Source: Elainellaceae cyanobacterium
Lineage (GTDB): Bacteria; Cyanobacteriota; Cyanobacteriia; CAZCXK01
NCBI GenBank assembly: GCA_051117555.1
Contig: JBNPEG010000175.1
Location: forward strand, 1-10,274
Length of the DNA: 10,274 nt
Direction: 5' to 3'
The position numbers were made by a program, and so were the translations under genes. Below, piece after piece: positions 5,138 to 10,274 of the stretch. Position 1 is the first letter of the stretch, and each line of letters starts with the position of its first letter. The notes beneath the pieces are model-generated. The model did not search any database. It saw nothing but the letters and a program-made list of their open reading frames with translations, and was not told the origin of the DNA.

Positions 5138-7750
5138 ATGGCGCATCGACTGCAAGGCATGACAGGCATCATCGCGGCTGCGGTTTCAGTAGTTATCGCA
5201 CAGCCCGCTGCTGCTCAGACTACGCAAATTAATCAAATACAAATTAATTCGACAAATGGCACGCTAGACGTGCGATTAGAAACTGCTGATGGCGCGATGC
5301 CTCAGACCTTTACAACCCGCTACGGTGAAACAGTTGTGATTGATGTCATCAATACTCAACTGAATTTACCAACGGGCGATACACGCTTCGCGCAGGCAAA
5401 CCAACGCATCGTCCAGGATAATCCTGCTGAAGGCATTGACTCAATTCGGATTGAGCCTCTAGATGCCAACAGCGTTCGCATCACCGTGACTGGGCGCGAT
5501 CAGTCCCCAACCGCAACGCTGACTCAGGATACGGACGCACTGGTTCTGAATGTTTCAGCACCAGAAGCGGTTGCAGATCGCCTGGAGGAGCCTCCTGAGC
5601 CAACTGATGAGATCGAACCAGACGAATCTCCACCAGCTCAGGTGGATGAAGATATCGAGGACGAAATTGACGAATCTGTCCCCGAATCTGACGCACAGCC
5701 AATTCCATCCGACACCATCCAAATTGTCGTCACGGGAGAACAGGATGATGAAGCAGACTATCTTGTTCCAGATTCGACAACAGGTACTCGAACGGATACG
5801 CCCATTTTTGAGATTCCTCAAGCCATCCAAGTGATTCCAGAGCGTGTGCTGGAGGATCAGCAGGTGATTCGCCTGAATGATGCCCTGCGAAACACACCGA
5901 ATGCGTTGCAGAGCAATACCTTTGGCGGCACTCGTGATGAATTTGTGATTCGCGGATTTGAACAGTCCACGATTTTGCGGGATGGCTTTCGCACCAACGA
6001 CATTGGACCCGGATTTTCGTTTGAGGAGTTGGCCAACGTCGAGCGAATTGAAGTGCTTCGAGGTCCGGCTTCCATTCTCTTTGGCAATATCGAGCCCGGA
6101 GGCGTGATCAACCTCGTCACTAAAGCCCCCTTATTAGATCCCTACTACAACCTGGAATTTCAAGCCGGTAGCTTTGGACTCGTGCGTCCCCAAATTGATG
6201 TTTCGGGTCCTTTAGCAGATGATTGGCAGTATCGCTTAAATACTGTTTATGAGCGGTCAAATGGCTTTCGAGACGACTTTAATCGCGATACTGAACGGTT
6301 CTTCATTGCCCCAGTTTTAAGATGGGAAATCGATCCCGATACAGAATTTATTTTGGAACTGGAATATCTAGACGATCAACGTCCCTTTGATCGAGGCATT
6401 CCTGCTTTTGGCGATGAGGTGGCAGACGTTCCGATTGACACGGTGTTTGGTGAACCAGACGATTTTGCTGAGGTGCAAGTCTTCAACGTCGGCTATCGGT
6501 TTGAACACCAGTTTAGCGATCGCTGGCAAATTCGTAATCGATTTCGCTATACCCAAAGCGACTTATTGACGCTACGAGCAGATCCTAACGGGTTAGATGA
6601 AAGTACTGGAACGCTGTTTCGCGCCTTCTCTAGCAATGACAATCGATTCGAACTGTTTGAAGTGCAAACAGAAGTCGTGGGTGAATTTGCAACCGGCCCC
6701 GTGAATCACACGCTGCTAGCAGGATTTGACCTCTTTTTCGCAGAAACTACGATCCAAACCACGGTTGATTTCGCATCTCCTGTCAATATCTTTGATCCAG
6801 AAATCGGTGTGATTGAAACACCCGAAGTCCCGCTGGCGTTTACCGCCAACGATTCTTTCAGCGATCTCGATCGCATCGGTATTTTCGTGCAAGATCAAAT
6901 TGAACTCTTCCCGCGCCTCAATTTGCTGTTGGGCGGACGGTTTGACTTTGTTAGCCAGCAAAGTGAATCAGATGCTATTTTCATTCCGGGTGTCCTTGAT
7001 AGTCCAGCGTTGGATGTGGATCGGAATGAAGAAGAATTCAGCCCTAGAGTGGGAATTGTCTTTCAACCCATCGATCCGCTCTATTTGTACGCTAGCTATA
7101 GCCAAGCGTTTCAGCCGAATACGCTCAGTCAAACCACGATTGAGGGTGAGTTTTTAGAACCGGAAGAAGCCGAACAGTTTGAAATTGGACTTAAGGCGAA
7201 TTTTCTGGCTGGTCGCTTGGCTGCTACTCTTGCATTCTTTGATTTGGAACTAAGAAATGTAGCTACTACCGATCCAACAGACCCAAATTTTGTCACCGCG
7301 ATTGGTGAACAGTCGAGTCGAGGAGTTGAGTTAGATATTCAAGGTGAAATTTTACCGGGATGGAACATCATTGCCTCCTACGGTTTTCTCGATGCGGAGA
7401 TTGAGGAAAGCGAAGATTTTCCAGAAGGTGCACAGCCGCGAAACGCCGCTGAGAATACGGCCAGCCTGTTTACCACCTATGAGATTCAAACCGGGTCACT
7501 GCAAGGATTGGGGTTTGGACTGGGTTTCTTTTATGTGGGCGATCGCTTCGGGGATGATGCCAACACCTTTGAACTCGATAGCTATCTCCGAACGGATTTA
7601 GCGTTGTTTTATCGGCGCGATCGCCTTCAACTAGGACTGAATTTTCAAAACTTGTTTGATGTTGAATTCTTTGAAAGTGCAGTTGGACGTGATGGAGCTA
7701 ATCCTGGCGCACCATTTTCGGTGGTTGGCAGAATTTCATACGAGTTTTGA
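5138..7750 (+). CDS. TonB-dependent siderophore receptor (FhuA/ferrichrome-receptor-like) with N-terminal AMIN domain
   Basis: 870 aa. Signal peptide ending QPAAA, AMIN-like domain (about 5219-5560; VIDVINTQL...NPAEGI...SVRITVTG), acidic Pro-rich linker, TonB box-like IVVTGEQ, plug motifs (TGTRTDTPIFEIPQAIQVIP, ERIEVLRGPASILFG...PGGVIN), and C-terminal NFQNLFD...ISYEF. Confidence 0.95.
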   Translation: MAHRLQGMTGIIAAAVSVVIAQPAAAQTTQINQIQINSTNGTLDVRLETADGAMPQTFTTRYGETVVIDVINTQLNLPTGDTRFAQANQRIVQDNPAEGIDSIRIEPLDANSVRITVTGRDQSPTATLTQDTDALVLNVSAPEAVADRLEEPPEPTDEIEPDESPPAQVDEDIEDEIDESVPESDAQPIPSDTIQIVVTGEQDDEADYLVPDSTTGTRTDTPIFEIPQAIQVIPERVLEDQQVIRLNDALRNTPNALQSNTFGGTRDEFVIRGFEQSTILRDGFRTNDIGPGFSFEELANVERIEVLRGPASILFGNIEPGGVINLVTKAPLLDPYYNLEFQAGSFGLVRPQIDVSGPLADDWQYRLNTVYERSNGFRDDFNRDTERFFIAPVLRWEIDPDTEFILELEYLDDQRPFDRGIPAFGDEVADVPIDTVFGEPDDFAEVQVFNVGYRFEHQFSDRWQIRNRFRYTQSDLLTLRADPNGLDESTGTLFRAFSSNDNRFELFEVQTEVVGEFATGPVNHTLLAGFDLFFAETTIQTTVDFASPVNIFDPEIGVIETPEVPLAFTANDSFSDLDRIGIFVQDQIELFPRLNLLLGGRFDFVSQQSESDAIFIPGVLDSPALDVDRNEEEFSPRVGIVFQPIDPLYLYASYSQAFQPNTLSQTTIEGEFLEPEEAEQFEIGLKANFLAGRLAATLAFFDLELRNVATTDPTDPNFVTAIGEQSSRGVELDIQGEILPGWNIIASYGFLDAEIEESEDFPEGAQPRNAAENTASLFTTYEIQTGSLQGLGFGLGFFYVGDRFGDDANTFELDSYLRTDLALFYRRDRLQLGLNFQNLFDVEFFESAVGRDGANPGAPFSVVGRISYEF

Positions 7751-7831
7751 TGGATGCTTCTATGCAACTAACACGAAAATCCTTGGCTCCAATTGGATGG
7801 GCGATCGCCTTGACGAAATCGTTGATCCATC

Positions 7832-8905
7832 ATGATTAATATGATGAGAAGCTATCAACGAGTAATTGCCTTTTTCTTCGGAGCCATTTTGGTCACAGTT
7901 CTTGCGTCGGCGTGTAGCAGTTTGATGCAGAGTCAAAGTCCAAATATTCAGCATCTCTCTCCCGATGAGGGACGCCTCATTGCCCATGCGATGGGAGAAA
8001 CGGTCGTGCCTGAGCAACCCCAACGAGTCGTTGTGCTGGGCACTGTTCCTGATGTGTTAGCGCTTGGAATCAAGCCTGTCGGAGTTTCTACTCTCGGCAT
8101 TGCTCAGCGAGACAATGCCGGAGAACTGCCCTCTTTTTTGGGCAATCAGGCCGACGATATTCCCATAGTGGGACATACGACTCAGCCCAATCTTGAAGCC
8201 ATTACTCAACTAGAACCTGATTTAATTTTGGGGGCAAAAGGTGTACATAAGGGGATCTATCGGCAACTCAGCCAAATTGCGCCAACGGTAGTCATTGACA
8301 TTTCCCAAGGAGCCGATGCCTGGAAACAGTATGTTAGGGCTGCCGCAAATGCCTTGGGTAAAGCGGATGTAGCGGATACATTACTGGATGAATATGAACA
8401 GCGCATCGCCACGTTTCAGGCTGAAATGGGCGTAGATTCTTCTCAGGAAAATCGCCTGAAAAATACTGAGGTGTCTGTCGTTCGCTTTCGTCCAAATGTA
8501 TTTCGTGCCTACATGCAAGGCAGCTTTTCAGGAGCCGTCTTGGCCGAGGCAGGGCTTGCCCGTTCAACCTATCAGGCTCAGGACAAATCCTTTGAAAATC
8601 TGAGCGTAGAACAGATTGACCGAATTGATGGCGATGTCCTGTTCCTGATGCAGGATAGCACTGAGAATTCAATCTTGAATCAGGTCAAGGAAAGTCCACT
8701 ATGGGCACAGCTTGAAGCGGTGCAACAGGGACAAGTGTATGAAGTCTCCCTGGAATCTTGGTTTCTCAATCCAGGAATTGTTGGGGCTAACCTGATTCTC
8801 AATGACCTGTTTCGATACTTAGTACCAGAAAATGATGTGCCAGAAGGCGTGCCAGAAGGCGATCGCCACGTGGTTGAGCAGGTGGGAGAACTCACAATCC
8901 AATGA
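7832..8905 (+). CDS. Iron-siderophore ABC transporter substrate-binding lipoprotein (FecB/FhuD-like)
   Basis: 357 aa. Lipobox ASAC and motifs HAMGETVVPEQPQRVVVL, LALGIKPVG, PNLEAITQLEPDLILG, LSQIAPTV, PLWAQLEAVQQGQVYEV. The start could also be ATG 7841 or 7844. Confidence 0.92.
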   Translation: MINMMRSYQRVIAFFFGAILVTVLASACSSLMQSQSPNIQHLSPDEGRLIAHAMGETVVPEQPQRVVVLGTVPDVLALGIKPVGVSTLGIAQRDNAGELPSFLGNQADDIPIVGHTTQPNLEAITQLEPDLILGAKGVHKGIYRQLSQIAPTVVIDISQGADAWKQYVRAAANALGKADVADTLLDEYEQRIATFQAEMGVDSSQENRLKNTEVSVVRFRPNVFRAYMQGSFSGAVLAEAGLARSTYQAQDKSFENLSVEQIDRIDGDVLFLMQDSTENSILNQVKESPLWAQLEAVQQGQVYEVSLESWFLNPGIVGANLILNDLFRYLVPENDVPEGVPEGDRHVVEQVGELTIQ

Positions 8906-8923
8906 CACCTGGAATGACACCTG
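8837..8923 (+). repeat. Two different 12-bp-period tandem duplications at the binding-protein/MFS junction
   Basis: GTGCCAGAAGGC x2 (8837-8860, VPEG-VPEG) and AATGACACCTG repeated at 8901-8911 and 8913-8923 (MTPG-MTPE). Confidence 0.8.
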
Positions 8924-10274
8924 AGCCCTCTTATCCGCACTCTCATCCACCAATGCAGCCGTCCATGCGGGCATTTATCACCGTTTGGCTGGGTCAAATG
9001 GGGTCAACCATTGGCAGTCGCATGACCCACTTTGCCATCATTCTCTGGGCCTGGAGCCTAACTGAACAAGCCACGGCGATCGCCCTGATTGGATTTTCTG
9101 CCCAAGTTCCTCGCATGATCATTACCCCGTTTGCAGGGGTAATAGTTGATTCCTGGAACCGCAAACGTCTGATGATGGTTGGCGATACGGTCGCTGGCGT
9201 ATCGGCGGTGATTATTCTTGTGCTTCACCTCAACGGCAGCTTAGCCCTATGGCATGTATACTGCACCAGTGCCGTTAACGCTGCTTTTAGCCAGATTCAG
9301 CAGTTGGCCTACACCACGTCGATGACGCTGATGGTGCCCCAACGTCACTATCCTCGCGCCATGAGCATGAACTTTTTATCCGGGTATGGAGCAGGTATCT
9401 TTGCTCCTGCTCTGGCTGGAACGCTCTATACCATTGTCGGATTGTCTGGAATTTTAGTAGCTGATCTGATCACCTTTGCGATCGCCATTTGTACGGTTAT
9501 CGCCGTGACGATTCCTCAGCCCGACGCCCCGGTCAAGCCCTTAAGTGTATCGAGCATCGTGCAGGATGTTAAAATCGGCTTTCGCTACATTGGCGATCGC
9601 CCTGGAATGCTAGGCATCTTACTCACGGCTGCATTATTTCAGTTTGTCCACGAAATCAGCAATGCCATTCACTCTCCGATGATTTTGGCGCGCACGGATA
9701 ACGATGCCCGAGCCTTCGCCTTGGTTTCAGCCACATCAGGCATTGGAGGCGTTGCCGGAGCCCTGCTCATCACCACCTGGGGCGGCCCCAACCGCCGCAT
9801 TCACGGCGTACTACTCGGCATGATGGGGGCGGGCCTGAGCAAAATCGGCTTCAGCCTGGGGCAAAATCCGCTCGTGTGGGTGCCTATGCAGTTTCTGTCG
9901 TCTCTTAATTTTCCGCTGATTGGCAGTTCAGGAAACACGATTTGGCTAAGCAAGGTCAGCCCCGAGCTGCAAGGACGGGTCTTTTCTGTCAGTTTGCTGA
10001 TCAAAGGCGCAGTTCCGCCTTTGGGTCGGTTCATCGCGGGTCCCTTAGCTGATGGAGTATTTGAACCCGCCATGATGCCCACAGGTCGTTTAGCTCCCCT
10101 TTTGGGTGGCGTGTTTGGTACCGGTGCAGGCGCGGGCATGGCCGTGTTATACATGCTATCGGCGATCGCCATGCTGTTGACTGGGTTGGGCGGCTATCTC
10201 TATCGGCCTTTGCGCATCGTCGAAGACACCTTGCCTGATCACACGAGTTCCCATCCTCAAGCTGATTCTGAAGA
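8902..10274 (+). CDS. MFS transporter, DHA3 / EntS-like family; 3' end beyond the window
   Basis: Translated by hand because it is absent from the ORF track (no stop inside the window). ATG 8902 overlaps the upstream TGA (ATGA) and the frame stays open for 457 codons: MRAFITVWLGQMGSTIGSRMTHFAIILWAWSLT..., MFS motif A FAGVIVDSWNRKRLMM, and SKVSPELQGRVFS near the C-terminus, with many hydrophobic segments. A later in-frame ATG could be the real start. Confidence 0.9.
   Translation, partial: MTPGMTPEPSYPHSHPPMQPSMRAFITVWLGQMGSTIGSRMTHFAIILWAWSLTEQATAIALIGFSAQVPRMIITPFAGVIVDSWNRKRLMMVGDTVAGVSAVIILVLHLNGSLALWHVYCTSAVNAAFSQIQQLAYTTSMTLMVPQRHYPRAMSMNFLSGYGAGIFAPALAGTLYTIVGLSGILVADLITFAIAICTVIAVTIPQPDAPVKPLSVSSIVQDVKIGFRYIGDRPGMLGILLTAALFQFVHEISNAIHSPMILARTDNDARAFALVSATSGIGGVAGALLITTWGGPNRRIHGVLLGMMGAGLSKIGFSLGQNPLVWVPMQFLSSLNFPLIGSSGNTIWLSKVSPELQGRVFSVSLLIKGAVPPLGRFIAGPLADGVFEPAMMPTGRLAPLLGGVFGTGAGAGMAVLYMLSAIAMLLTGLGGYLYRPLRIVEDTLPDHTSSHPQADSE

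Larger units (their letters stand above)
136..10169. repeat. HIP1 (highly iterated palindrome, GCGATCGC), dispersed
   Basis: Exact copies found by eye starting at 136, 980, 1508, 1646, 2879, 4471, 6516, 7539, 7617, 7801, 8859, 9076, 9478, 9593 and 10162. That is 15 copies where well under one is expected by chance in 10 kb. Confidence 0.95.

Noticed and set aside
451..5494. RITVTG peptide shared by the TBDT1 TonB-box region and the TBDT2 AMIN domain
   Set aside because: A short beta-strand match in non-homologous contexts; most likely coincidence.
7796..7831. Possible hairpin GATGG...CCATC around a HIP1 site before the second binding-protein gene
   Set aside because: The stems are short and interrupted, and cannot be distinguished from chance without folding calculations.
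1879..10172. Short antisense and alternate-frame ORFs in the track (e.g. 1879-2112, 3213-3494, 5481-5830, 5857-6120, 6716-7157, 7760-8023, 8334-8997, 9801-10172)
   Set aside because: They lie wholly or largely within well-supported genes and have no recognisable motifs, as expected for shadow ORFs.
8902..10274. Apparently higher GC in the MFS gene as a sign of horizontal transfer
   Set aside because: Not quantified, explainable by Gly/Ala-rich membrane-protein codons, and the gene carries four HIP1 sites like the rest of the locus.

Overview
Cyanobacterial iron-acquisition cluster, all genes on the + strand. Cyanobacterial origin is inferred from 15 copies of the HIP1 octamer GCGATCGC and an AMIN-domain TonB-dependent receptor. 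Gene order: heme-receptor-type TonB-dependent transporter (TBDT1, FRAP/NPDL motifs), periplasmic binding lipoprotein, AraC/PchR-like regulator, AMIN-domain siderophore-type TBDT (TBDT2), FecB/FhuD-like lipoprotein, and a DHA3/EntS-like MFS transporter that runs off the window end and is missing from the ORF track. The overall architecture is a known type, and I see no mobile element, CRISPR array or RNA gene. The unusual details are: (1) TBDT1 has no histidine at all and its partner binding protein lacks the usual heme-ligating residue; (2) a 10-bp near-tandem duplication appears to have frameshifted the RBS-bearing upstream start of TBDT1; (3) a 23-bp-period direct repeat (candidate AraC operator) sits next to tandem Fur-like boxes before TBDT2; (4) the TBDT2 leader can form two mutually exclusive hairpins, one hiding the Shine-Dalgarno; (5) both outer-membrane receptors are almost free of lysine. 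All motif calls, counts and foldings were done by eye.
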